64,000 nt of DNA from Rhynchobatus australiae (taxonomy: Eukaryota): contig JAUZTB010000062.1 of the NCBI GenBank assembly GCA_034780895.1, positions 14,237,805-14,301,804 of the forward strand. The letters are read 5' to 3'. The notes under the pieces are model-generated. The model searched no databases. It saw nothing but the letters and a program-made list of their open reading frames with translations, and was not told the origin of the DNA. This document shows, one piece after another, positions 1-12,640 of the stretch (positions are counted from its first letter, which is position 1; every line of letters begins with the position of its first letter). A program made the position numbers and the translations under genes.

Positions 1-510
1 GGGGGTATTGGATCCTTCCATTTAAGCAAAATAGATCGCTTGGCCATTAGTGTGACAAAGGCAATCATACAGTTAGCAGAAGCAGATAAATGGCCAGATT
101 CAATCCTTGGTAATCTGAAAATTGCAGTACTAGGGTGCGGTTGTATACCGATCCTCAACACCTTTGAAATAATGTTAAAGGTATCTATCCAGTACTGTCC
201 AAAAGAGGACAGGACCAAAACATGTGTGTCAAAGAGTCCACATTTGATTTACATCTATCACATATAGGATTTATATGATTATAAAAACGAGCTAGCTTAT
301 CTTTGGACATATGGGTCCAGTGAACTACCTTAAACTGTATCAACAAGTGTCTGGCACACATTGAAGATGTAGTAACTAAATGAAGAATTTTCTTCCACGC
401 CTCTGTAGGTATAGATATCTGGAGTTCGCTTTCCCAATATGGCCACTCTTCCGTCCTGCTTCTGAAACACATTGTTGCAAAAAAAAAATCTAATACAAAC
501 TAGTCTGTTT
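1..510 (-). mobile_element. L1/Tx1-clade LINE ORF2 C-terminal fragment (zf-RVT region)
   Basis: WESELQISIP..AWKKIL...SSMCARHLLIQFKVVHW...CDRCK...LTHMFWSCP is typical of the fish L1 ORF2 cysteine-rich end. Confidence 0.8.
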
Positions 511-839
511 ATCCCAATTTGATAGGAAAATTAAATGCTTCATTGAAACCTTTCCACTGTAGTTGCTGAACCACTGCACTCACACATTCTACCAGTTCAT
601 GGTTGCTCCTGGGGTGCCCAAAGACAACAGGTCTTTCTAAACATGCATCTATTTTGGTCCCAACAGTTCAAGTAGACCTGTTGCAATGGTCAACTTCCTT
701 GTCCCTGTATTCTACGAGATGGAAACTGTCTTCTACACCACATATACAACTTCAGTTGCTCATAATTATTCTAAATGTGTGTAACCTGTCTAATAATCCA
801 GAGATTACAGCTTCAGGGGTCCTGTTATTTAAATTTAGC

Positions 840-1285
840 TCTAATCACTTCTGGCTACCTTGCAACTCTCAAGAGCCCTGTCTGATCCTTGCTTTCTAAA
901 CCTTTGGCAAGCTTTTTTCTTCCTCTTGACAAGATATTTTATGTCTCTTGTCAACCATGGTTCCTTCACTCCACCATCCTTGCCCTGCCTCAAATGGGAC
1001 AAACCTATCCAGAACCCCATGCAAGCACTCCCTAAACAACCTCCACACTTCCAGTTGTGCACTTCCCCAAGAGCATCTGCTCCCAATTTACAGCCTAATA
1101 GCATCATAATTCCCACTCCCCCAGTTAAATACTTTCCTATATTGTCTACTCCTATCCCTCTCCCAGGCTCTGGTATAGGTCAAGGAGTTATGGTCACTGT
1201 TTCCAAAATGATCTCGCACCAAGAGATCTGAAATCCGATCAGGCTCATTGCCTAGTACCAGGTCCAGAAGGTCTCTCCTCTAGTC
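840..1285 (-). mobile_element. CR1 LINE ORF2 fragments
   Basis: EPWLTRDIKYLVKRKKKACQRFR resembles the CR1 post-endonuclease linker. Confidence 0.7.
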
Positions 1286-1309
1286 AGGATGTATTTGAGG
1301 CATAAAAGA

Positions 1310-1830
1310 TGAACATGCAGGTACAACAAGCACATGGTACTTTAGCTTTTATTGCAAGGGGATTGTGATACAGCAATAAGGAAGTCTTGCTTTAATTATA
1401 TGGGGCTGTGGCAGAATCATGTCTACAGCAGAGTTAGTCTCCCTGCAAAAAGACAAACAAAGATTCACCAGATAGGCACTGCCATAAGGAGAGATCAATT
1501 GGAGAAAGGGTTATATTTTCTGGAGTTCAGAACAGTCCTAACATGAAAGATGCTTAGATGCCATTTCCCCCTAACTGGAGACTCTCAAATTGGCCATTTA
1601 GCACAGAGATAGAGACACATTTCTTTACTTAGAGGGTTGTGCATATTTGGAATTCTATTCACCAGCAATAATGGATGCTAAGTTGCCAAGTGAATTCAAG
1701 ACAAATCCATTAAACATTTTTGGGATGAGGTAATCAAAAGGATACAACTAGATGCCAGGAAAGCAAAGTTGATGCAAAGTTTATCCATGATCTTATTAAA
1801 GCTAAATAGGTTTAAGAGATCTTGTGGCCT
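1310..1830 (+). mobile_element. Degraded CR1 3' portion
   Basis: CR1-like words (ttgcaaggggattg, agggttgtgcatatttggaattctattcacc). Confidence 0.55.
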
Positions 1831-1999
1831 TCTGTTACTCCCAGTGTTCTTCAGCTCACCAACTTAAGGATGATTGTTTTGCTTGTTAATGCATTAAATA
1901 AGGAAATTAAACTGCTCTGTATTAACAGCTTCAGGAGGTATATACTCCAGTATGATCACCACAATTCTACATATGCAAAAGACAACTTCCATTACAGTA

Positions 2000-3636
2000 G
2001 GTTGGATCACTTTAAAAGGTGTTTATTGGTCATATACAAAATAAAGTAAGCTGTATCTCAACAAACATACAGTATATACAGAAATAAATTAATGATGCAT
2101 CCAATGGAAACTGATACAGTTAATTTTCATGGCAGTTATGAATACATACTTATCTACAGATCATAAAGTACAATAATTTAGGTAATAAATACTTATTAAA
2201 TGGACTCTTTATACAAAGTACGACAACAGAGTGATTCATTACACCCTTTGGGCCAGAATTTGATACAGGCAGCATTAGTCATCAAAATAGCTATAACCTA
2301 ATTTACCTGATACTGCACAAATCTCTCATCACTACATGTGGTTGTATGTAATCTCCTCACAACATTCAATCTTCAATGTGATTACAGTGCTCCTGGGAAG
2401 TAAAAATAATAAACTTTTTCCCTCACACAAATCCTTTAACAAATTTAGATCAGTTAAGCACTCTTGCTAATAACCCATTCCTTCATACTGATGTTGTGCA
2501 ATATTTTTTTTTATNNNNNNNNNNNNNNNNNNNNNNNNNNNNNNNNNNNNNNNNNNNNNNNNNNNNNNNNNNNNNNNNNNNNNNNNNNNNNNNNNNNNNN
2601 NNNNNNNNNNNNNNCATAGTCAAAACAAATTAAGAACATTTACACTTCTGAAAATTTGAGATCTGGTAGGCTCCAAAAGATTGAGACTGGTTGTATGGAG
2701 GGGCAGTAAATTTAAAGCAGCTTTAAAATCAATCCAGGAGCCAGCACTGAGCATGAAGTTTTGAAAGATTCAGAGAAAAATTGTCTTTAAGTACAATGGG
2801 CAGCTCCATCAAAGAATGTTTGTCAAAAACTATTATATTGCAGCTAGACTAGCCCCATGTAAAAGCAAAATCTACAGCAGCATTTTCTTCTGATGCACCT
2901 TCACTTCCCAAACATGTCCAGAGAATGGTTATTTGAAATGAAATCCTAAGGAGCAGAACTTCACTAGGTGCCACACTCCAATTTCTTACACTAGCTCCTC
3001 GTGTTTAACTTCCCAGTGACATGCAATCACCAAATAATGTGTTCAGAATAGTCGGTTATGCTTCTGAAAGATTTCCAGCATCTGGTCAAAGGGCTGTAAT
3101 AAATATAAAGCTGAATGCAGCACTCTGCCAACAGTACAACAGTAAAACAGAATACCTGCCCAACCAAATCCAAAAAGTGAGCACTCCTCTGCAAAGGTTA
3201 TATATCCTGGGTTGTCTACCATAAAATGCAGCTAAGAGGGATGAGGATATTTTATCTCTTGTCTGGTAGCATAGTTCCATTAGCCCAGGTATCATTGGTA
3301 AGCAAAGAGCAGAAGATTTGCTTGCAAAGTTGGGAAGTACACACAAATAAACAAATAATTGTGTGAAAATTAATCATCAGATAATCATCCAATCCAAAAG
3401 GATAGCTTGATTTTTGCTTTCTGATTAAGTCTGTCATTATCAGATTAAGTTGTTGCAGGAAATAAAATATTCCTCATTAGCATGTCTGAAATAACATTTC
3501 ATGTGGGATCCAAACCAAAAAGGGTTTAAATGCGATAGTGATGATGTTCTTTTTGTTATCTGTGCTAATATATTAACAAAACCAACCTTTAGCATGTATT
3601 ATTCCAGTCTATAACTTTGAAAACTATAAAACACAG

Positions 3637-3668
<32 letters not shown>

Positions 3669-6600
3669 ACACTCCTGTAATACAAATTCTTTAGCCCTTG
3701 TATCAATACATTATTTGTACAATGAGTAGTCACCTTGCTATCAGTAGGGCACTATTCCAGCACTGTTGTGCTAGACACAAATTGCTGCTTGCATATTTGA
3801 AGAGCCTCACTTTACAACAGTCACCAAGCCGTACGCACGTACGCCACACACCTCACGTACAAAAGCACTTGCTAAAACAAGCACTTACACTATTCACAGA
3901 ATAAACGTCACAGGCTGAGAGCATTAACAGTGAAAAACAAATCACTTCAGCATCTGAATGGGAATCAGAACAAGGCTTCAGTTATATTTGTGTCCCTTTA
4001 GGAAAGTGTCAGGGAGAAGTGATTCTTTTACCTACTGGTGTCACATTGATTAGTTTGTTTACAAAATGTCTTAAAAAAAATGCTTTTTTAAAACAATGTA
4101 ATACTCCTCATCTATTATTCCCATAGCATTGGACGCATCATCATGAATGCCTGGTTCTCCTGATAATCAACACAGTTTCTCTTCCAAAATGTTGAACTGA
4201 TGCATTCTAAAAGCCCTTTTAGAGAAAGAAATCTTAAGCCCATACAGTAATTCTAGTGCAATTTCCTCTTGTCTGGTATAAGACCTCTGCTTCAAATATA
4301 AATAAATGTTGCTTTAGGATCATTGTTCACATCCTTACTTTTTTTTCAAAAAAAAGTTACCCAAGTTGTAATTCCCTCCATGGGAAACTACATCATTCTT
4401 AGTTAATCCTTGCTGGTTAGGCACAGTCAAATATTACAATTTATATCATAATTCTACTCTTCGAAATGGCTTTGAAATAGGTTTGCCCGATTTAAAATTA
4501 AACAGGTAGTCTATATATTTGGATAAAACTTAAGATTTTTATAATTGGAAGTGGAGGGGGGGGTGGAGGAAAGGAAAGAGAGCTTGGAAGATATACAAGT
4601 GTACCATTTGTTTCAAATTCAACTTTTAAAACTCTGCTCTGCAATTGAATAGCACCCATTTTAAGAATGGTAGCTACTTTTGAGTTTAAAAGGCTTCTAG
4701 AATCAGGTAGTTTTGATTGATTACACAGTTAGTGTTAAAAGAAATTCAAACTGAATGCCATTATGCATTTGTTGTCACTTAACACCTGTCCATATGATTC
4801 CACACTCAACAACATGCTCAGAAGATGCGACTCGAATTTAAATTCTAGCAGTAAGTTGCTGTGTTGTCAGGTGATGAAGTAATCACAACACAGCTGATGC
4901 ATTATTCAAAACATTTACACATGGCACTAAAAAGCTGGCCAAAGGCAGGCATGGTCTCAGCACCAGCCACTCAACATCTCAAACTGACATCCATAGAGCA
5001 TGGGCTAAATGTGGATGCAATGTTTTGGAGCCACTGTGTGAAGATTTGGAGCTATTTTAATTAATATAATTTTTCATTAAATTTTANNNNNNNNNNNNNN
5101 NNNNNNNATATATGCATTATTGCATTCAAAAATTCTATTTGATTTTTCAGGTTTAACAAATCAAACAGATGTATTTAGAACAAGCTATTTGGTTTAATTT
5201 GGATACTATCTGAAATATTCATGGTTAACTATTGTGATTGGGGATTCAGTCCTTCAAAGGCTAGTGTGAGTTGAGATGCTGAGTATTTTGCACAGCCCAT
5301 CATGGCACAGATAGAAATTGTTCTTTACAATTAAAAAATAACTTTTTTCATACTGAAACTATTGTGTAGAACAGCAATTTTACAATTACAATATCACAAT
5401 TAGATAGAGGTGTGCGAGAAACCAAAGTCATATATGCAGTTTAGCCAAATAGATTTGTATTTCAGATCAAACATTAGGTTAGCCATTCAACAACAAACAC
5501 TGAGCAACTCCAATAACAGCTCAACAATTGAACAGCACCTTTGATTACACAATCAACATAAAATTACATGTGACACTGAATATATTTTGCATTTCCAAAT
5601 CTTTGTAATATACATTCTACTTCACTACAACCAAAGAAGAAATCCTTTAGTTTGTGTTGGTAGTAAGTATGTACAAATTAATGCAAAGTTCAGAAGATAC
5701 AACAAAGGGGGTACCTTTTGGAGACCACTGCAGTGTACAAGCCAACAAAAAGCTCTCAGAGAATTCAAGATTCATCACAAATTTACCCTCACATTTTAAA
5801 GAAAACTGCAGAATGAATTCAGGTTTCTAAATGGTTAACAATAGATACTGTGCTGTAGTTTGGTATTTCTGGTTGGTTTAAAATGGGGAAAAGAATATTT
5901 CGGAAGCCAAGATTGCTGATTGAACCAAACTTGAGGTTCACACACACCCTTAAAGTTGGTTGCATTCTTTTGTAAATTCACATGTGCAGCAAGTGAAGTG
6001 GAGGAAATACAGGAAAAAAAATACACACAACATAAACCCCATTGTGCTCACACACAAATAAATACAGAACTAAACTGTAAAATAACACTAACCTGCATAT
6101 TAACACATCACAGATACATCACCCCGAATTCACTTAACACGCTGCTTCACTAGAAAGCTATTGATTTCAATAAGCCACTCTAGAAACATCTGTAAAAGCT
6201 ATTAAACAATTTTTTTGTGAATTTTTTGTATATAAATATTGTATGATAATCTGTGTACTTATAAAAATTAAACTCGAATACCCTTACATGTTGACAAAGA
6301 TACTTTGTATACATACACTAAAGAGGAACTTTTACTATCAAAGATTCTCTGAATAAATTTTCATTCATATGGTTAATCAGTCCCTTCTACTCACACTTGC
6401 TCTTTAAAAGCAGTTTCAGCAAAAGGTTCAATGCAGCAGTCATTTTCAAGAGGAATGGGATGGAAGGTGGAGCAGCAACTAATTCTAGTCAGCAGGAACA
6501 AACAATAAGTCACAAGTCAAAGAGGACAAAACCTTAAGTGCTAAAGAACAGGTAATAGTGTTTTCCTTTCTGGTGCTTGGATTACTGCTTTTCTATTACC

Positions 6601-8093
6601 ACTTCAGCTAAAGTCACTTGTTTTAGGAGGCAAAAACAAAACACACTGGTACTACAATGGGGCTGGGACAAGCAAATGAGGTCACTTAAAACGTGGTAAT
6701 CTGTCCATCCACTTGCTGTAAATTCCACAAAATGTATACACGTTCAACAGTTGGACAACTAAACATTTTCTTGTGGAAATCAGCAATTCATTAAAACTGC
6801 AAATTTTACCAGATGTTCAACCTCTGCCTCCAAGATGGTCATCAACTGTACGTTGTGATTTAATAACTCATAAATTAAAAGATTAAAGTTACCAGAAGCT
6901 GTCTGTTTGAAGTACTGTATCTAAAGCAACAGAGTTCTTTATGAAACTGCACTTTTGAAATGNNNNNNNNNNNNNNNNNNNNNNNNNNNNNNNNNNNNNN
7001 NNNNNNNNNNNNNNNNNNNNNNNNNNNNNNNNNNNNNNNNNNNNNNNNNNNNNNNNNNNNNNTTGAGGGACTCATTGTACAGATGACCATTTTACTGCTT
7101 TCTCTGGATTGTGGCAGGCAGATGCAAGGTTGCTGGAGGAGTTTATAGAGTTACAGAAGGACATCACAATTCTGCCTCCTCCCACTTCAGGATTTTTTTT
7201 AAATACTGTGCATCATATTACAATAGTTTTTCTTTAAAATATAAATTAAAACCCAAAATTCTAATTTATGCTATAAATTTGTCAAGATAAAAATGGTAAC
7301 ATATGAATAGAAAGGAATACTTAACCATATGAACAGGTCATTTGAACTACCTTACTCCATGGTGATACGGTACACCGTGTTCAGATGTGCATGAATATGA
7401 GAAGCTGTTGACTGGTCAATGCACAAAATTAGCCACAAGGTTTCGATGTGAAATAAAGCCACCAATAAATACACGTCCCACTGGACTAACAGACTGTCAC
7501 AATCTAATTGGTTCAACTATTACTGCACTATACAACTTTGGGATTTGTTTAAGTATATCATGAGGCCACTTCATTTAAATGCACCAAGAAAGTTTTTTGT
7601 TTTGCAAAGTTTGTTCAAATTACAGTGATGAAAAAAAAACAATGAATCAGTGGTGTTGATCTATATGAAATTTTTGTCAAGTGGCAAGACATTCAAAGTA
7701 AATGAAGCTCTCCACTTACTCAAGCAAAGAAATGTACAGCACTTATTTTGGTACAGCAATAGAGTTCTAATTCTATTAATTGTTCTCATGCTGTTCAGTT
7801 AAAACTGGAGGCCTGTGCAGATATGTGCAAAATAAAGCCCTCAACATTACACTGCCAAGCCAAAAGTTTTGGTTGCTATGATGATCGAGGTGGGCTGTTT
7901 TAATGACCACTTTGCTTATTCACCAAGTTGCCACTAACCTGTGTATTCCTGCAGAAAAATACAGTTCAAATTATTGTTTTGGCAGGGGGTGGGGGGAGAA
8001 AGCATTTAGAAAAAACCTTGTGTTTAACTCCATGAATTAACCAGTTTTACTACAGACTAGTTTGGCTCTGGCCTATGTCTAGAGCAGTATGTA
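2000..8093 (-). other. Putative long MAFG 3'UTR ending near AATAAA at 2022-2027
   Basis: AT-rich sequence downstream of the stop with no recognisable TE. AATAAA on the minus strand (plus TTTATT 2022-2027) is followed by GT/T-rich sequence. Confidence 0.5.
3637..3670. repeat. (CA)n microsatellite
   Basis: Direct inspection. Confidence 0.9.
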
Positions 8094-8546
8094 CTAAGAT
8101 CTTGCATCAGTTTTGGATTTGACTATTGTGATGACACTTGTGGTAGCCACTTTGCCTGGCATAATGGGGCCAATGGCAGAGGTGATGGGACCTCTAACTG
8201 GCATGACGGGTCCTCTGGCCACGGTCCTGGCGAAACTCTGCAAGGCCTCATACTTGGATCGCAGGGCATCTAGCTCCAATTTCATGCTGGCATTCTCAGA
8301 CGCCAGCTTCTCTACCTCTTGCTGAAGTTCGGCTTTCTGCTTCTCCAATTCCTCTTTCTGAGTCACCCTCTTGACACGGCAGCTGGCTGCGTAGCCACGG
8401 TTTTTGAGTGTTCTGCGACGTTGCTTCAGCCGGATGATCTCCTCTTTGGTTAGGCCTCTCAGATGTTGGTTCAGCTCTCGAACAGACATTGAGACAAGCT
8501 CCTGATCTGTGAGACTGGCTCCATTTTCACCCGGCTCCCGCTTCAC
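8094..8546 (-). CDS. MAFG: MAFG last coding exon (EHR + bZIP + C-terminus)
   Basis: Translates [32 protein letters not shown]...[21 protein letters not shown]...[18 protein letters not shown], nearly identical to vertebrate MafG. It is preceded by a pyrimidine tract and AG (8547-8548) in phase 0, with TAG at 8094-8096. Confidence 0.97.
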   Translation of the reverse strand: MKREPGENGASLTDQELVSMSVRELNQHLRGLTKEEIIRLKQRRRTLKNRGYAASCRVKRVTQKEELEKQKAELQQEVEKLASENASMKLELDALRSKYEALQSFARTVARGPVMPVRGPITSAIGPIMPGKVATTSVITIVKSKTDARS

Positions 8547-10139
8547 CTACGAGGGTTGAGGGGGGAGGAGGGGCAGGAAAGAGGGAGGATTGCAGTAGAA
8601 TGGTGTGGGGGAAGAAAAAGAAATGTTCAAAATACAGAACCAGCTCAAAAACAAGGCATTTAGAAATTCTGATTCATCAGTTGGGACTTTTTGTCCTACA
8701 AGTTAACCACATTCAAGATAATAGCAAATATTAATGATTCAATACNNNNNNNNNNNNNNNNNNNNNNNNNNNNNNNNNNNNNNNNNNNNNNNNNNNNNNN
8801 NNNNNNNNNNNNNNNNNNNNNNNNNNNNNNNNNNNNNNNNNNNNNTTAATGATTCAATACATCTTTTCTCAACACGAGTCAGTCGTTCTTTATCAATTAT
8901 CATAAGATATTAATCAAATCAATAAAGAACTTGTTTACAATTCACTATAAAATAGCAAACAATGGAAGTGCTATTGCTAGTTTCAAAAGTTATTTATTTA
9001 CATAGACAGTTTTTGGATGAAGGTTATCTTCTAAACACCAAAAATTGTTTTCACTCTTAAAACCCATGCAATTTTTCCATTCTTATTACACCACAAGTAG
9101 GTGCCCAGGGACAGCAGTCACTCACATCGAAGTACTGGTCCACCTTTCAATTACATGACCTTTCAAACCATAAGAGATTAAACAAGAGAGGTGAAATAAT
9201 TTAAAAAGTTTAAAAAGTTAATATTCAAGGCTGTGTGTTTTAAACTGGGAAGTAAATCCACTTCCTCACTCAAAAACATAACAGAAATAAGTTAGGGGAC
9301 ACACTTTAAAGAACATTGTAAACAGGATTGTAAGGATATGCTAAGATCACTAATGTTTCACTCAACACTCCATTTATATTAATACATAGGAGGTTCTTAA
9401 TATTTCCATTATGGCAACCATTGCTTTACTTCTTGTCACACTGGTGCTGAAAAGCAGATATGCACTCAAACTAAAATGGACATTCTATATTTACAATACT
9501 TAAGTCTGGAACAACTCGAGATTTACTTGCATCTAAAACAATGTTGCATTTAAATTTATGTCGTCACCTCCACTAATTTAATTCAGTCATGCACTATTTT
9601 ATTACTTCAATGCCAAGTTTATTTTATCAAATTTGCAAACAACTTTGTTTCAAAAAATGCAGTGAAACTATTAATTAGAATGTTTTAACATTTTACAATT
9701 ACTNNNNNNNNNNACTTGTAAATGTAACTGAAGAATATCCAGTAGATATTAAATTGAAGAAGTGAAGATTAAATTGAAGAAGTGACTCTGATCAACTCCC
9801 AGAATCAAAGTTTTTAGTGGTAATGCAATTTCTATTCAAAAAAGGCTGCCCATGCACATTGGAACAGACTCTGCTCTTGCCTGGGAAGCTGCAGTACCTG
9901 CACAATTAATGCCAGTGGATTTAAAGCAATGCAAGAGCTGGCTGCAAGATTTACTGGTCTTCATGTGGGGTAGTGGGGGGGGGGAAGCAAGAGTTGCAGT
10001 TGGAGCTATTTAAACTTTCTACTTTATATAGTAATTTTTCAGTTAAAATAAGGCGCTGGGTACTGCAAGGAGAAGATAGCTGTTGGTGCATTGGGTAATG
10101 AGAAAATGAGATTCTTTTCATCAGAAAGATTAAGGGAGT

Positions 10140-10300
10140 TCTGCAAATATAAATATTATTTCTATGGATGGATAGAGAAACAGTTAACATTTTGTGTCTG
10201 AGACCCTTCCTTGTGTTCTTTCTCCACAGATGCTGCCTGACCTACTGAACGTTTCTAACTTTTTCTGTTTTTATTTTACATTTCCAGCATCTGCAGTTTT
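10140..10300. mobile_element. Penelope-type terminal-repeat remnant
   Basis: ctccacagatgctgcctgacctactga...tttccagcatctgcag, preceded by an inverted partial copy. Confidence 0.5.
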
Positions 10301-11059
10301 TTTTTTAAATTATTTCTGACTAAGCATGTTAATAACCAGAGGACATAAACCAAAGATAGTTACCACAGAAAGTAACAGCTGGGAAAATAACATGTACGAC
10401 ACAGTAAGCTTGTCCTACTAGAAACCAGTGATGGAGGTAGAATCTGTGACAGCAGCAGTTAAAAAGACTTTCTCAAAAAAGTTCCATATATACACATACA
10501 GTGATGAGGCCCAATTAGATAGCTCTTTGTGGGTTGGCACAGGTGTGATAGAATGAATGTCCTTTGAAAATTCTGATTTTAGATAAGGCCATTAAAACAG
10601 CAAAAGAAAAACAAGTTTGAATGTGCATCAAGTAACACCAAGAATTTTATCAGATTCATCGAGACAAACAGCGATAATTAGTGTGCTTATCAAGATGAAT
10701 AATTTGATAAAACAGGAAGGCAAATTTGAAGATAAAAAAGCTATTAAAAATCTCAATGTATTACCAACATAACATGTGCCAAATTCAGAAATTATACCAA
10801 TAAACCTTAACACAAGAATGTACAGATGCTGCTTTGTTAACCATTTATTAGCTCCCTGATGAGAAAATATTGTGATTAGGGGGGAAAATTGGCTTTTTTT
10901 CTAAAAAAGAGGAAGACCTCAAAAAAAAAAGACAGCTCAATAAATTTAAAAGTTTGCTATATTGTATAAAATATTTTTGAATGATGCTTCCAGATAGTTA
11001 TGCAATAGACAAAATAAACCCCACAAGAATTCCAACCTGCACTGCCTTTCAATAAGATA

Positions 11060-11540
11060 GTAGCTGATCTTATCTGGGTGCCAGCACCACTTTCCTGCCC
11101 ATTCCCCTTAGCTCTCAGCTCCCCTCTAGATCAAAAATTAGCCCTTCTCAGCATGTATTCAATGATTCAGCCTTCAAAGTTCTGAGCGATGTAATATTCT
11201 AAAAGGCTCATCACCCTCAGAGAAAAGTGTTCTTATTTCCATCTCAAATGGAATTCCATTGTTCTGAAGCCATGCTCCTGCATTCTAGAGTCCCACATGG
11301 GGAAACACTCAGCATCTACCTTGTCAAGTCCCTTCAGAACAAGATCACCTCTCATCTTGCACATTAGCACAAGTATAGGCAATAAATACGAGCCCCATAT
11401 GCTAAATCTTTCTAACAAGTCAAATCCTTTACCCCAGGAATTAACAGTTAGCTTTCTTTGAAATGATTCCAATGTAAATATATCCCTGTTTAAATAATGA
11501 AAACAAAGTTGTATGCAGTAGTCCAAGTGTGGACTTGCCA
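11060..11540 (-). mobile_element. CR1 3' fragment
   Basis: PHLDYCIQL...LESFQRK...MRGDLVLKGLDKVDAE, the CR1 ORF2 C-terminus. Confidence 0.75.
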
Positions 11541-11849
11541 AATTCCCTGGATACCAATACATGCCGTCAAACAAGAAAAAAAAGTTTTTAAAAACTTTTT
11601 CAACCAAAATATGAACCAAATCCTTAGCACTCCACCATTCATATTCATTCCTGGGGGAATATTAAATATCGATCTTCACACTCTCTAGAGATATACAAAA
11701 AATATTAACTCTGCACAGAAAAGGCCTTAAGCCTTTTTCCAGATTTCATCCAGGATCTTGTTGAGCAGAGAGGGGTCACCCTGGAATTAAGAGGGTAAAA
11801 TACCGACCAAATGTTGCAAACCACATTCTTGATAAGCAAGGCTCCAGTC

Positions 11850-12640
11850 GCCCTGGTCATTCTTTGCACAATATCGTTGCATCAAGGAGGAGAGAAACAA
11901 CGCAATAAGACCTGTTACATATGTGCAATCATCCAAGCTGTTTTGTTTGATCGACTGCGCTTTGGGAAGATTGGCTTTAAGTAGTCCATTAGAGCCGTGG
12001 AGTTCTCAGAATGGAAGAAAAAGATTGCTCAAGCTTACAGTCACCCATAGCATTGCTTCCAGGAAGAAGAGTGGGGTGATCTTGGGCTTCAGAGTCCCAA
12101 ATAATTATCCCATCCCTCAATGAATGGGCATCCTCTTCCAAGAGTCCCATCTGATTCACTTGTTTTGGAGAAATATCACCTTCAAGGTGTCGTTTCACCC
12201 GTCACAGTATCTGCACTTGCAGCCTCCTCCGCAAAACAATTTTTGTTTTGCAGGTTTGCACATCTCTTGAAATGTTCAAACCAGTCACGTCAGTACGTTC
12301 CTAAGATCCATCTTTCCAGAACTGACATGAAAGATCATTTTTTTTCCCTGGATCATGATCAAATTCAGGGGCACCTGCCATTGATTCCAATCTTCCAAAC
12401 ATACGTTTAACCCTTCTTCCACTCCCCAAATTATAACATCTCTCCCCACCCCAATATGCAACACACTTCCTGGTATAAGATTTCGGGCATTAAGTTTTAT
12501 TTTGGCCACATTGTTAAGGATCGTTTGCATTGTTGATGATGCAAGATTTAATGGAAGATCGACGTCCACTGAACATTCACCTTTTACCAGCTTTGTATTA
12601 AAAGTTACAGGGTGTGAAGTGATCTCAAAAAGGATGTACA
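11850..12640 (-). mobile_element. Tigger/pogo (TcMar) transposase fossil, N-terminal HTH and start of DDE domain
   Basis: Frameshifted motifs in order: LNLASSTMQTILNNVAKIK, LEDWNQWQVPLNLIMIQGK, WFEHFKRCANLQN..EEAASAD, WKRMP, DHPTLLPGSNAMGDCKL, HSENSTAL, SNKTAWMIAHM. Confidence 0.85.

Noticed and set aside
8113-8325. Plus-strand ORF over MAFG
   Set aside because: Antisense shadow of the coding exon, with no independent support.
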